From positions 1-64,000 of IMG/VR virus record IMGVR_UViG_3300042876_000208: DNA of 64,000 nucleotides; one strand, written 5' to 3'. The stretch is from a virus. Its lineage: Duplodnaviria > Heunggongvirae > Uroviricota > Caudoviricetes. A program made the translations under genes and the position numbers. Of this stretch, positions 27,255 through 37,058 are shown piece after piece (the first letter of the stretch is position 1; each line of letters opens with the position of its first letter). Under the pieces are notes generated by a model. The model searched no databases and was not told the DNA's origin. It saw only the letters and a program-made list of their open reading frames with translations.

Positions 27255-27264
27255 TAGTATAGCA
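27255..27264 (-). promoter_or_regulatory. extended -10 promoter (TGcTATACT) for leftward early operon
   Basis: Minus strand reads GTGCTATACT, identical to the box in the rightward promoter 570 bp away. Confidence 0.45.
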
Positions 27265-27807
27265 CGAAAAAATTGGCCGAACACAACAAATTTTGACCAA
27301 TTTGTTTCCGAAAACGACATAAAATGATGAAAAAATTGTAGGAAAATGACATTTTCGATAGGCGATATTAGGCGAAATATGCCCAAATCTGCGGAGGAAG
27401 GCATAGTAGAAGGTAATAGAAGAGTAAGTGGTATATACCAATATAGGAATATAAGCGGGAGAAAATATAAACACGTAGACTAATTATTATAAGGTAAACA
27501 TATAAATGAACCATTATATGCGATAACATAGAACACTAATAATAGAATATATTCAGAAACGTCAAAAAATATTCTTGTGTAAATAGTGCTAAGAGTAAAT
27601 ATATAGGGAAATATTAGAAGATGTGTAAAAAGAGAGGGCTGTATAGAACAAACACATACTCTTATATGACTGATTTACTTCGATAAGAATTTTTCCCCAG
27701 AATTTAGTTGAGCAAATGTTTTTGAGCAGTTCCTGTTCGCGTTTCAGTACATATTTGAATATGGTGTACAGAAAGCTAAGTTCGGAGTTTGGGTTTTGCT
27801 AGGGTAC

Positions 27808-27836
27808 TTGCATATGCTTACATGTCGTGCTATACT
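27808..27836 (+). promoter_or_regulatory. sigma70-like promoter: TTGCAT, 17 bp spacer, TGcTATACT
   Basis: -35 at 27808-13, spacer 17 nt, extended -10 TGc + TATACT at 27831-36, about 60 nt upstream of ATG 27898. Confidence 0.5.
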
Positions 27837-27848
27837 AAGCTAAGGTTA

Positions 27849-27866
27849 CATGTTCGCGTGAACATG
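27849..27866. promoter_or_regulatory. palindromic operator candidate CATGTTCgcgtGAACATG
   Basis: 7-bp inverted repeat immediately downstream of the -10; the half-site core GTTCGCGT recurs at 27735-27742. Confidence 0.45.
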
Positions 27867-27897
27867 ACCTAGGGTTCTTACCCGGAAAGGTTATACA

Positions 27898-28314
27898 ATG
27901 GCTACTTACTTTTGCAAGCGTAATGAAAAGACCGCACTTGCCCAAAGCGTGTTCGCCCCTATGTACACGCTACTCGATACCCAATCGCCAACCGCTCAAA
28001 ACTACGCCAACGCGGTCGAAACCAAGACTATGTTGGAAACCGGTCTTTTGCCCAAGTACGGTGGCAAGGATAGCGACGTGTACACGTTTGGCATTGACGA
28101 AACGGTTGTATACAAAGCTACCCGCCGCGAAATTATCGACTACGCTGACAAGGTTATCGCCACCAAAGTACACTTTGATGCACTCAATACCGCATGGTTA
28201 GCTATCCGCCCCGTTGACAAAGACGGTAAGGACAACCCCGCCTGGAAAGTGGCCGATAAGCCTAAGATTGAAAAGGGCACGGGCACGCGGGTAAAGGTCG
28301 AAAAGGTCGCCTAG
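27898..28314 (+). CDS. hypothetical protein (138 aa), first gene of the only plus-strand cassette
   Basis: GGAAAGG RBS 8 nt upstream of ATG; Lys-rich C-terminus. Confidence 0.5.
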   Translation: MATYFCKRNEKTALAQSVFAPMYTLLDTQSPTAQNYANAVETKTMLETGLLPKYGGKDSDVYTFGIDETVVYKATRREIIDYADKVIATKVHFDALNTAWLAIRPVDKDGKDNPAWKVADKPKIEKGTGTRVKVEKVA

Positions 28315-28385
28315 TTTTTTCTCACTTGCGGCGGGTGATGTTTGGACAAGTCACCCGCCAACATTTTCTCATAAGGATAATCAAC

Positions 28386-28577
28386 ATGGATACTAAACTT
28401 TTTGAAAGTGAACGCGGACAAGGTTTACTAGGCTTTTTGCTCTTTGTCTTTTGCATAGTGGTTATTGTGTACGTGCTATGCTATGCGGCGGGTACGCAAG
28501 ATGTTCATATCTCACTGGCCGACTTGTGGGGTGCGCTTGTGAACATTGGTCACACGGCACAAAACGCTATGCACTAA
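28386..28577 (+). CDS. small membrane protein (63 aa)
   Basis: AAGGA RBS before internal Met; hydrophobic helix LLGFLLFVFCIVVIVYVLCYAAG. Confidence 0.4.
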   Translation: MDTKLFESERGQGLLGFLLFVFCIVVIVYVLCYAAGTQDVHISLADLWGALVNIGHTAQNAMH

Positions 28578-28610
28578 CACTACCTTACAATTCCCCCACT
28601 TACTTTCATA

Positions 28611-28637
28611 AGCCAACTTTCATTAGTTGGCTTTTTT
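28611..28637 (+). terminator. rho-independent terminator of plus-strand cassette
   Basis: agccaact-ttcatt-agttggct followed by TTTTTTG. Confidence 0.6.
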
Positions 28638-28646
28638 GTTCTATAT

Positions 28647-28656
28647 CCCCCCCCCC
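28647..28656. repeat. poly(C)10 homopolymer tract
   Basis: Ten consecutive C in the intergenic region, preceded by TATAT; related motif TATATCCCCC recurs at about 28847. Confidence 0.6.
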
Positions 28657-28925
28657 TTGCCTGAAAAAAGCGGGCTGTGCTTTGTGGACTCCGGCGGGTT
28701 GTATACCCCAGGAACGTCGCAGTATTTTTTCAAATAAATCGCTTTGTGTTAAATCGAACGTCGCTTCTATTTTTTGAATCTCAGTCGTTATTACGAATTC
28801 GATTATATTGAATAAGTTTCTATTGGTTTCTTATTAAACTTTGCTTATATCCCCCTTACTTTGTATAAAATTGGCCTCTTTCCTGCCATGAGTTTATTGA
28901 ATTCCCAAAAAATCTGATAAAAAAA

Positions 28926-28950
28926 TCCCCTAGAAAGGCTACTTCTAGGG
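28926..28950 (-). terminator. rho-independent terminator after endolysin gene
   Basis: cccctagaa-aggctac-ttctagggg; A-run on plus strand gives a U-tract on the minus transcript. Confidence 0.6.
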
Positions 28951-28962
28951 GATGATTTGTAT

Positions 28963-29760
28963 TTAATTGTTAGGATGTGATTTTAAATATTCATTCCAAA
29001 GTATTGAAACCTTTTGTTCTAAAGTAATCTCATATGGTATTGGACTGGGGATTTGCTCCACTGTGCCAACTAGCTTATTAAATTCTGCATCTGTACCTAG
29101 AAAGAAATTGAAATCTATTTCTTTCTTATCTAGGAAACCTGTGGGGTAACCGGGAATGTCTCTAGGTTTACCCCTATATGACCACTGGAGGAATTTTAAG
29201 GTACTTATATTGGGTACGCTGGGTACTTGTGGCAGCTTAGTTCCTGCCATGATTGCTAAGTAATCCTGCTCAAAGGTTTTACTATAATCCACATTAGGTA
29301 AAGAAAACCAAAAGATGTGAGCATCACACCAAGCTTTACTGGCTTTGGTTTGACAAGTTGTTTTCCAATAATCCAACCCCGTATAGATTATAGGGTATCT
29401 TCCAATCGTGTTTTTAATTCTTTCTGAGAGTTCGTCTATCTGCCCGAAAACCAAGGCTCTATTCGCTAGAGTATCCTCAAGGTCTATTACAGGAGGTAAT
29501 TCACCATTATAATCTTTTCCACCAATAGCTTTTAAGAAAGCATCTGTGCGGGTTTTATTGATTAACTCAGTGGATTGTCTCCAAAAGTAATAAGCCCCTC
29601 TGGGAACTTTACCTTTTGAATTATTCCAGTTGGTAGCAAATGCTGAATCCTGAGTATACTCATAAGCCTTTATAAATACGAAATCCAGTTTAGTCTTAGC
29701 TAAATCCCAATCAATTTTTACACCATCATATTTAGATATGTCTATTCCGAATCTGAGCAT
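28963..29760 (-). CDS. endolysin, GH25 muramidase family
   Basis: N-terminus FGIDISKYDGVKIDWDLAK...FVFIKAYE matches the GH25 signature (GIDVSxxQG.IDW..V); 265 aa; adjacent holin genes. Confidence 0.7.
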   Translation of the reverse strand: MLRFGIDISKYDGVKIDWDLAKTKLDFVFIKAYEYTQDSAFATNWNNSKGKVPRGAYYFWRQSTELINKTRTDAFLKAIGGKDYNGELPPVIDLEDTLANRALVFGQIDELSERIKNTIGRYPIIYTGLDYWKTTCQTKASKAWCDAHIFWFSLPNVDYSKTFEQDYLAIMAGTKLPQVPSVPNISTLKFLQWSYRGKPRDIPGYPTGFLDKKEIDFNFFLGTDAEFNKLVGTVEQIPSPIPYEITLEQKVSILWNEYLKSHPNN

Positions 29761-30254
29761 TTTTCCTCCTGCATTTTTTCAAGGGCTGCATTTAGTTTAC
29801 CATCTGGTTTCCAAGCGGGTGTTATGTTGAGTTCCTTCAATTGTTTCAATACTTCATTGAATCCATGAAATAACTCAATGGTTAACTTCTCTCCCCTTAT
29901 TCTTCTTTTTATTTCGTCGTCTAGTCTTGATTCAGTAGCTTGTAATCTTTCGTCTAGAGTTGCGTATTTCTTAGATAATGCTTCTAGCATTTCCTTATAC
30001 TCCGAGACTAGTGCATTAGCGGATTCGACAATATTCTGAGCAACCTCAGATTCTATTTTTCTAGCACTAGCCTTAGTTGCTTCTGCATCAGCATCAATCT
30101 TTTTATTCTCTTTATCAAATTTATTTTTTTCTAAGATTCTGCCCAATAGATATATTATTGCTGGGAGTAATACCGACAGCATTACACCAATTTCTCCATA
30201 GGTTGGCATTGGTATATCTATAAACAGCGTTGTTAGTTTATTTAATAGTAACAT
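29742..30254 (-). CDS. membrane-anchored coiled-coil protein (spanin-like or second holin/antiholin)
   Basis: N-terminal TM helix then long coiled coil; located between holin and endolysin. Confidence 0.4.
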   Translation of the reverse strand: MLLLNKLTTLFIDIPMPTYGEIGVMLSVLLPAIIYLLGRILEKNKFDKENKKIDADAEATKASARKIESEVAQNIVESANALVSEYKEMLEALSKKYATLDERLQATESRLDDEIKRRIRGEKLTIELFHGFNEVLKQLKELNITPAWKPDGKLNAALEKMQEEKCSDSE

Positions 30255-30558
30255 GGGGCATCCATCCGTTCCAAGTGATTCTAAAGTGTGAGAGCATTAG
30301 AAATAAATGATAAATACTTTCTGCCATAAATAAAGCGGTCAATCCGTATCTAACTACAATACCACGAGCATCCATAGGAAAGTCGTTAATGTATAGGGCA
30401 AAATAAGCATATATTACCGTAAAGTAGATTCTAACAAGTAAATCTATTACTCTCGAAAAATCCCTTCTAGCTACTATTCTCATAGCGAATCCTACACTAG
30501 AGATGAAAGCCAGAAAGGTTATAAGCCATTCTTGTATTTCATATAAGTTTCTTGACAT
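30238..30558 (-). CDS. holin (multi-TM small membrane protein)
   Basis: 106 aa, three predicted TM helices, charged C-terminus, lysis-cassette position. Confidence 0.5.
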   Translation of the reverse strand: MSRNLYEIQEWLITFLAFISSVGFAMRIVARRDFSRVIDLLVRIYFTVIYAYFALYINDFPMDARGIVVRYGLTALFMAESIYHLFLMLSHFRITWNGWMPHVTIK

Positions 30559-30568
30559 TTAACTACTC

Positions 30569-32494
30569 CTACAAATAAGAAAGTGTACAAACAACCAACG
30601 TTGCTGCCAAATCTCCACGGAAAGATATGCTCGTTGTAGCCGCAGTGCCAGTCAAACAATTTAGATAATAGGTTGTTTTCGCTGTTAGATAGAGCGAAAA
30701 CTGCGTTGAAAAGAAAGGAGAATAGGTAGTTGCGGAGGCTACTGCACTATTGCAGGTTGTATCACTATTACTTTCAGAATTAGTCGCTGTGGAAAAAGTT
30801 GCCCTAATACCAATGCTTGTTCCGCTAGCTATAATAACATCGGCTCTCAATTTATATCTACAATCCCAAATTCCTATGGGAATAACTAAAGATATTGAGC
30901 CAAGATTATACCACGTGGACGCGGTAGGTGAAGCTTGCAGTTGGGAATTTATATCTGATACTGTTACACTCCACTTCGCTTTATTTATAGGAAATCCACT
31001 AGGTATTTTAACTGATGAATATTTAAAGTTAGAGATTGTATCATTAACTAGAGAATGGTCTGTTCCACCCCAAAAAGTTACAAGAGTAGCTCCAGCGGAA
31101 TAATTACCCATTTTAGTAACTATTCCATATTTGGTAAGAGTAATACTGCCCGTTCCCTGTGCCGTAGATGCTATATACTTTACTTTTACGGTTTGTTCGT
31201 CCAAAGCATACCCATTTATTATAAACAAATCATCTATTTGTCCATTCATAAAAGATATGTCTGTTCCTGCATTATTTCCACACCCGATTCTAATGTAATT
31301 TGTAGCTACATAAAAGGGAGTTATACAGTATCCCGATGCTTCTAATGCACCATCTAAATATATTTGGACAAAGTTGTTTCTAAAGATTGCCACAACATAA
31401 TGGAAATTTCCATCAGTTACAGTTGTAGTACCCGAAATTACTGAATAATCTATACCTGCGGTAGTTCCAGAATATTTTCCTGAGTTAAAGGCTAACTTAT
31501 TTGAAGAATTTATAGATAAATAAATTCCCGCTGGATATGGGTTTTCTGAGTAAGATTGAAATAGTACCTTAGCTGCACCCGTATTACTAGTTTTAAACCA
31601 ACATCCTACAGTAAAGTTGTTAGTAGGCTGTAGTGTGACCGTATCCGTGATTGATAGGGCTTGTGTTGTTCCGTTTAGAGTTAGAGCATTAGAAAATTTT
31701 CCAGCCGTATAGGTTGGAGTAGCTATGTTAGACATAGTAAACGAGCCAACATCAGGAGTTGAATTAGTATCAAATGTCCAATAAGCGGTTAATGCCTGTG
31801 TTTGAGAATATTTAACTCTCATTCCATTTGACAAAATAGATGTCATGTCAGCAGCAAAAGAAACAACTCCAGTAGCACCATCTATACTGGAATAGGTAGG
31901 TGAAACAGAGGGTGAGTTCCAATCTGAATATGCTTGAGTTCCTACTAAACTAGTTCCGCTTCTAACTACTTGATACCCGTCTGGAATACTACCGATAGTT
32001 AGAGCGGTTGGCCCTCCAGTTTCCGTAATACCATTCACCGTAGGTAAATCGGCAGTTCCACCTAACTGGTTTGTTAATTTTAAGATGCCTTTAGTGGTAG
32101 CATCGGCATCCACAACCGTAACTGAAGAACTAGAGACACTAGTTCCATCCGACAATGAGAAAGTTCCACTCGCTACAATTACGGAACTCTTTATGTTTCT
32201 TTGAGTTCCGCTATTGTCTAAATAAATTCTAGGGGTGATACTAACTCCCATATTATTGTAAATGGTTAGTTCTCTAATTACTCTAGAAATTCCCGATGCA
32301 GGAGCATCTAGAATGGTTATATCTGTAGTAGAGTTAAACACACCGTCGCTTGATTTTTCTATAAAAGAACCTGTAGATAAATTATGTTCAGCATAGTGAA
32401 CCGTAAATGCGGGTTGTGTAGAAACCCCGCTAAGTAAAACTCCTTTTATTGCTTTTGTTGTACTATCTAAAACTAAAATGTTCATAAAAACCAA
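30569..32494 (-). CDS. tail fiber / receptor-binding protein with LamG/ConA-like lectin domain
   Basis: 641 aa, Ser/Thr/Gly-rich; DGNFHYVVAIF...IYLDGALEASG resembles LamG jelly-roll motif. Confidence 0.5.
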   Translation of the reverse strand: MVFMNILVLDSTTKAIKGVLLSGVSTQPAFTVHYAEHNLSTGSFIEKSSDGVFNSTTDITILDAPASGISRVIRELTIYNNMGVSITPRIYLDNSGTQRNIKSSVIVASGTFSLSDGTSVSSSSVTVVDADATTKGILKLTNQLGGTADLPTVNGITETGGPTALTIGSIPDGYQVVRSGTSLVGTQAYSDWNSPSVSPTYSSIDGATGVVSFAADMTSILSNGMRVKYSQTQALTAYWTFDTNSTPDVGSFTMSNIATPTYTAGKFSNALTLNGTTQALSITDTVTLQPTNNFTVGCWFKTSNTGAAKVLFQSYSENPYPAGIYLSINSSNKLAFNSGKYSGTTAGIDYSVISGTTTVTDGNFHYVVAIFRNNFVQIYLDGALEASGYCITPFYVATNYIRIGCGNNAGTDISFMNGQIDDLFIINGYALDEQTVKVKYIASTAQGTGSITLTKYGIVTKMGNYSAGATLVTFWGGTDHSLVNDTISNFKYSSVKIPSGFPINKAKWSVTVSDINSQLQASPTASTWYNLGSISLVIPIGIWDCRYKLRADVIIASGTSIGIRATFSTATNSESNSDTTCNSAVASATTYSPFFSTQFSLYLTAKTTYYLNCLTGTAATTSISFRGDLAATLVVCTLSYL

Positions 32495-33483
32495 CTCCTT
32501 GCTATAGCGGGGGATATGTCCGCACTAGGCCCGTGTGTGTGTGGCACACCATCAATATTGTATGTACTTCCTGCCGGAATGTTTACACTTGTATTTCTAA
32601 TTGTAAAAGCATCCGTTCCTGTAGTTCCTAATACTGTATAAAATACAATCTTACTCGTTTGATTTGAACTAGTCCAATCGTCATCTGCATTGAAATATAT
32701 TGCAGGCCCCCATTGCCAGTCTCCATCTGCCCAGCCCAACGTTTCTATGCCAAGTAAAGTATTATAATTACTAACATTACTTCTAGAAGCAAAAGTTCCA
32801 TTAGCATAATAACCAGCTACTCCAGGACTTGCACCAAAACCAAAAGAGTTGTAATAAGGATAGGATGGGGATTCACCAAAGATATTTAGACTTGTCTTTC
32901 CATTAGACCAAATGGTTTCACTAAATGGTTTATATAGTGAAAGAGTTTTTAAAGTTTCATCGTAAGAGCCAAATTCTGTCGCTAGAACCTTTATTCCTTG
33001 TAATGCGGACAGTTCTCCGGGTGTTCCCGTTCCTGCACCCACGGCTCTACCCGTTAGAGTGGAATCCGCTTGGTCGGGTATAGAACCACCACCTCCGGAA
33101 ATAGTTACATCGGTAGAATTATTTCCAGGGTTATCCGTAACAACTACACTACCTAAGAATCTTAGTTTACTTCTCTGTGGATAACCGGATGATACAGTAT
33201 ATATACTATGTCCACCACCGCCGGATTCTAGAATCTGAATTCTATATCTAATATGATTTAGGTTATCATAAAGGGATTCACCAGAGGGAGGAGTATAAAG
33301 AGTAGCTAGTTCCGCAGTATCATACGCAACACGTCTTTGTGGTAACCAACCCACGAATCCACCCGGAGGGCCACCCGACCCTCCCGATGAAGACGCTATA
33401 CCACCCAAAACCAAGGCTCTAGCCTCATATTGTCTTCTAGACATATTGATTAGGTCTAGAATTTGATAATCATAATTTTGCAT
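32482..33483 (-). CDS. Gly-rich tail fiber protein
   Basis: 333 aa, runs of GGSGGPPGG / GGGGS, typical fiber composition. Confidence 0.45.
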   Translation of the reverse strand: MQNYDYQILDLINMSRRQYEARALVLGGIASSSGGSGGPPGGFVGWLPQRRVAYDTAELATLYTPPSGESLYDNLNHIRYRIQILESGGGGHSIYTVSSGYPQRSKLRFLGSVVVTDNPGNNSTDVTISGGGGSIPDQADSTLTGRAVGAGTGTPGELSALQGIKVLATEFGSYDETLKTLSLYKPFSETIWSNGKTSLNIFGESPSYPYYNSFGFGASPGVAGYYANGTFASRSNVSNYNTLLGIETLGWADGDWQWGPAIYFNADDDWTSSNQTSKIVFYTVLGTTGTDAFTIRNTSVNIPAGSTYNIDGVPHTHGPSADISPAIARSWFL

Positions 33484-33490
33484 AGTTTTC

Positions 33491-36400
33491 CTAAATCCTA
33501 TCGTCTACTCTGATTCTAGTAATTACTACATCACCAGGTAATCCGGTTTTATACTCAAACCACACATTTGGATTCATTAAACTCATTTGAAAGAAACTTC
33601 CCGAAATTGCGGTGAATATGTGTTGATTTAGATACAAGTTAGTAGTAGTTTCTATTTGAGTAGGGATTCCAGAGGCGGGGATAAAGAGTGATTGTGATTC
33701 CCCTAAAGTAGAATCATAATTAATTAGCTTTTGACAAATTCCGCTTGGGGTAGAATATATAAAATATTTATTTTGAATACCGGATATTAAATCAGTCACT
33801 TCCATATAACGGTGGTCATTGATAATATCGCCCGAAGGTGAGATTACTGATACATCTATTAAAGTTCCTAAATAGGAATTTAAGATATTTGTATCATATA
33901 GACCTACACCAGCTGCTACAATTGGAAATTGATTTGAAATATCTAATCTGTCTGCACTTATTCCTAGATGAACTAATTTAAATACTTCCCCAGTTCTTTG
34001 CATAACTTTGAACAAAGTAGAGGTAGCACCAGTAAATCCAGTCAAGTTCTTTACATAGATAACTACTGGGGTATTGAAAGTTCTCCAAAAAAAGTTACCC
34101 ATATTTCCATACAAACCTTTTGAGGTTGTAGATGTTGGTAGAACTAGGAATTCCTTCTTTATAGTAAAGTTACTAATATTTATTCCGAAAGTTCCAACAC
34201 TACTATCGCTAGAACGTCTACCAATTATATAGATAGAATCATCTATTGAATCCGGGGTATCATATATTCCATATAGTGCGGATAGTCCAGTTACTACTAC
34301 TTCATCAAAGTTTGAACTTCCCCAAGTCTTAAAATCGTTCATTCTAAAATACTTATTAGTTGAAGCATTATAAGACAATCTTGGAAAGGAATGTTTTGAA
34401 TTAAGAACTAAAGTATTTCCTTTATCTTTTTCATTAGTTATTCTAGAATCTGCGGAAGTAGTTGTTGCTACCGTAATTGTATTATCTGAACAAATGGAAA
34501 TCGCTTTAACTACTTCTGGCCCACCTGCATAGTCTCTAGAGTCATACCAAACATAGGTAAATAAATAATCAACATAGTTGTATTTACTTAAGAATGTATA
34601 GTTTAAAGCTATGTTAAAAACACCCGCACCGGGGGCTTTAGAGGTACTATAATATAAATTGGATACGTTATCATAAACTAAATAAACATCTGCATTTTTA
34701 TAATCACCAAAATCAAAGTTATAATAGTCTACATAGGTAACCACCCAATGTATTTGAGCGTTTGTTTCCATGAAATTAAAAGCGGTATAACGTATTCCAG
34801 ATGAGTTTCCAGTTCTTTTATGTCCTGCCGTTGGTATTGTTTGAAATAGTGTAGTGTTTGTATAAGTTCCAATCGTAGTATCTATAGTAGAAACATTGAC
34901 ATTAAAATCATTAGCTCCATTAAATTCCATGAACCCAACTCTAAGAATATCCCCAATAGAACTAGAACTCATTAAGTTACTTATTTGATTTGTAGATACA
35001 TAAACCTCAACATTTGTTGAACTACCTCCCGGTGTTACACTTATTTGCCACAAGTGTACTGGTTGTCCAAGGGATGTTTGAATTGTATAATAATATCTAT
35101 ATAAAGTATTACTAACTTTGTATAGTCCTAATATACCTCTACTAGTTCCTGATGAAAATCCATCCGTAAGAGTAATTGTAGTATTACTGTCTAATACAAA
35201 TAATCCATTTACTATCTTATAAACAAATAGATGAGGTACGCTTGAGATAACACGAATATAAGAAAATTCTCTATCATTATAATTATCTGAGGCATAGATA
35301 GTTGACATGGATGTTGGTGAAATTGCATCGTAGGTTTTGTCAATAGTAGTATCTAAGAACGCTACTTCTCCGGGTGGTTCATTTTGTGCTGAGTTTGTAT
35401 TGCCGTCACCATAAACAGTAGATACTGCATATCTATTTGCTAGAAAATGTGTATGTCCAAAGTTAGGTTCATTATCTGGGCCGGATGTAGTTATAATACC
35501 ACTACCCGCTACTAGGATTGAGGTATAATCATTTATACCATCATTCTCAATATCTAAAGCGCAGATGTTTATATCCCCCGATGAGACAATTGGAAAAGTA
35601 TTTGCAATGTGTCTAGTATAGGGTTCTACGTCAAGCACCCAAGCTAAATTGCCAGGACTAGTTGCAATCATTAGTGGATTCTTAGACCAATCAAAGTAAT
35701 TCCATTCTACTGGATAAGGTCTATTGTCAGCAATTATTCTAACATGATTGTTAACTTTATCATGTATAATACCTCTGGCATAAATAGCTCCTGAGAATGT
35801 AGAGTCTACTGCGCCACCATCTCTATGATAGTTGTATTTAAGACCACTAATTGTAACAGGTCTCCAAATGCCCTCTGATTCAGAAGCGGTATAAGCCACC
35901 CCGGTAACATCAATACAAGATAGAACACCCTTATTAACATAAAGGTCTACAATGTTATGATTTAGCAAACCAGATGAGAATGGATACCAAGTATCTCCCT
36001 CTAGGTGTTTTCTAAATACACCGCTAGTAGTTGTACTAGCATATACAAAGTCATAGCCATAGGAATCAAATAGGTTTTGTGGATTAAAGCATGTAAAGAG
36101 TCTAGGACATTTTTCGTCTAGAGTTATGTTAGTGATTAGACCCTCCCTACTCATTACAGAGCCAACGGATGTTACTAGTCCAATCCCACTCCAAACACCA
36201 TTAGCTACTTCTACAAAGTCGCCAATCTTAACATTTCTAGCGCCATGAACTTGAATGTGCTTTTCAATAGTAATATCACCAAAAGCAGAAAGCATCTTAG
36301 AAGCTAGCTCTTTAGCTTTTGCTTTGCTAGGTATGGCGTTGTTACTTACAACCGCAGCTCTTAAATCATTAGCATCATAGTTATAGTTGGTTATTCTATG

Positions 36401-37048
36401 TAAGTCAGCGGTAATCCAACCACCCGTAACGGGGTCTGTACTACCAAGAACTAAAGCACGGTTTCTAAGTAGTTTATCATTCTTAATTAATTTAATATTT
36501 AGAATATCCGTGTTATCTATTTTTAAAGTAGGAGCACCTTGTGAGAGTAAATCACCTATGATACAGGTATCGTTTTCAAAGTGCATGTACCAACCGGACA
36601 TTTGTAGTAAAGGTACGATTTGTTCATAAGCACTTGATAAGCCTAGATTTGTATTATTTGAAATAGGTTCTCCATCGCCTGCAACATTGTACGATGGTAC
36701 TCCGGCATCGGATAGGAATTTAGTAATCCAATAACCTGTTTCAGAATAATAGTCAATGAGATAGCTATCTGAAATAAAGTAATCATTTAAATATTTAGTC
36801 CCGTCTTGGCAATAAACAATCTTTTTCCCATCGGGTTGATTGCTTGTAATAATGTTAGCATAAAATACTCCTACTTGTCTGCCTTCCTCGAACAAGACAA
36901 ACTTATCCCAAGTATTTACAACCGTAGTGTATTTACTTGATAGTGTAATATTCAAAGTACCAATACCAGAACAGATGTTTTGTTCTCTAGTATAGTCTAT
37001 GACATATTCTGAAATATCTGTTGTTTTATGTATAATTTGAACATTCAT
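33491..37048 (-). CDS. central tail fiber / host-specificity (J-like) protein
   Basis: 1185 aa, follows minor tail genes downstream of tape measure. Confidence 0.5.
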   Translation of the reverse strand: MNVQIIHKTTDISEYVIDYTREQNICSGIGTLNITLSSKYTTVVNTWDKFVLFEEGRQVGVFYANIITSNQPDGKKIVYCQDGTKYLNDYFISDSYLIDYYSETGYWITKFLSDAGVPSYNVAGDGEPISNNTNLGLSSAYEQIVPLLQMSGWYMHFENDTCIIGDLLSQGAPTLKIDNTDILNIKLIKNDKLLRNRALVLGSTDPVTGGWITADLHRITNYNYDANDLRAAVVSNNAIPSKAKAKELASKMLSAFGDITIEKHIQVHGARNVKIGDFVEVANGVWSGIGLVTSVGSVMSREGLITNITLDEKCPRLFTCFNPQNLFDSYGYDFVYASTTTSGVFRKHLEGDTWYPFSSGLLNHNIVDLYVNKGVLSCIDVTGVAYTASESEGIWRPVTISGLKYNYHRDGGAVDSTFSGAIYARGIIHDKVNNHVRIIADNRPYPVEWNYFDWSKNPLMIATSPGNLAWVLDVEPYTRHIANTFPIVSSGDINICALDIENDGINDYTSILVAGSGIITTSGPDNEPNFGHTHFLANRYAVSTVYGDGNTNSAQNEPPGEVAFLDTTIDKTYDAISPTSMSTIYASDNYNDREFSYIRVISSVPHLFVYKIVNGLFVLDSNTTITLTDGFSSGTSRGILGLYKVSNTLYRYYYTIQTSLGQPVHLWQISVTPGGSSTNVEVYVSTNQISNLMSSSSIGDILRVGFMEFNGANDFNVNVSTIDTTIGTYTNTTLFQTIPTAGHKRTGNSSGIRYTAFNFMETNAQIHWVVTYVDYYNFDFGDYKNADVYLVYDNVSNLYYSTSKAPGAGVFNIALNYTFLSKYNYVDYLFTYVWYDSRDYAGGPEVVKAISICSDNTITVATTTSADSRITNEKDKGNTLVLNSKHSFPRLSYNASTNKYFRMNDFKTWGSSNFDEVVVTGLSALYGIYDTPDSIDDSIYIIGRRSSDSSVGTFGINISNFTIKKEFLVLPTSTTSKGLYGNMGNFFWRTFNTPVVIYVKNLTGFTGATSTLFKVMQRTGEVFKLVHLGISADRLDISNQFPIVAAGVGLYDTNILNSYLGTLIDVSVISPSGDIINDHRYMEVTDLISGIQNKYFIYSTPSGICQKLINYDSTLGESQSLFIPASGIPTQIETTTNLYLNQHIFTAISGSFFQMSLMNPNVWFEYKTGLPGDVVITRIRVDDRI

Positions 37049-37058
37049 CCTTATCCTT

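Noticed and set aside
28647-28656. Poly-C run as a possible CRISPR or repeat-array fragment
   Set aside because: It is a single homopolymer with no spacer-repeat periodicity. There is no CRISPR array anywhere in the window.
32482-33483. Gly-rich ORF as a possible low-complexity non-coding repeat
   Set aside because: The reading frame is open for 333 codons, is co-oriented and translationally coupled with the tail fiber genes, and has a fiber-like composition. I kept it as a CDS.
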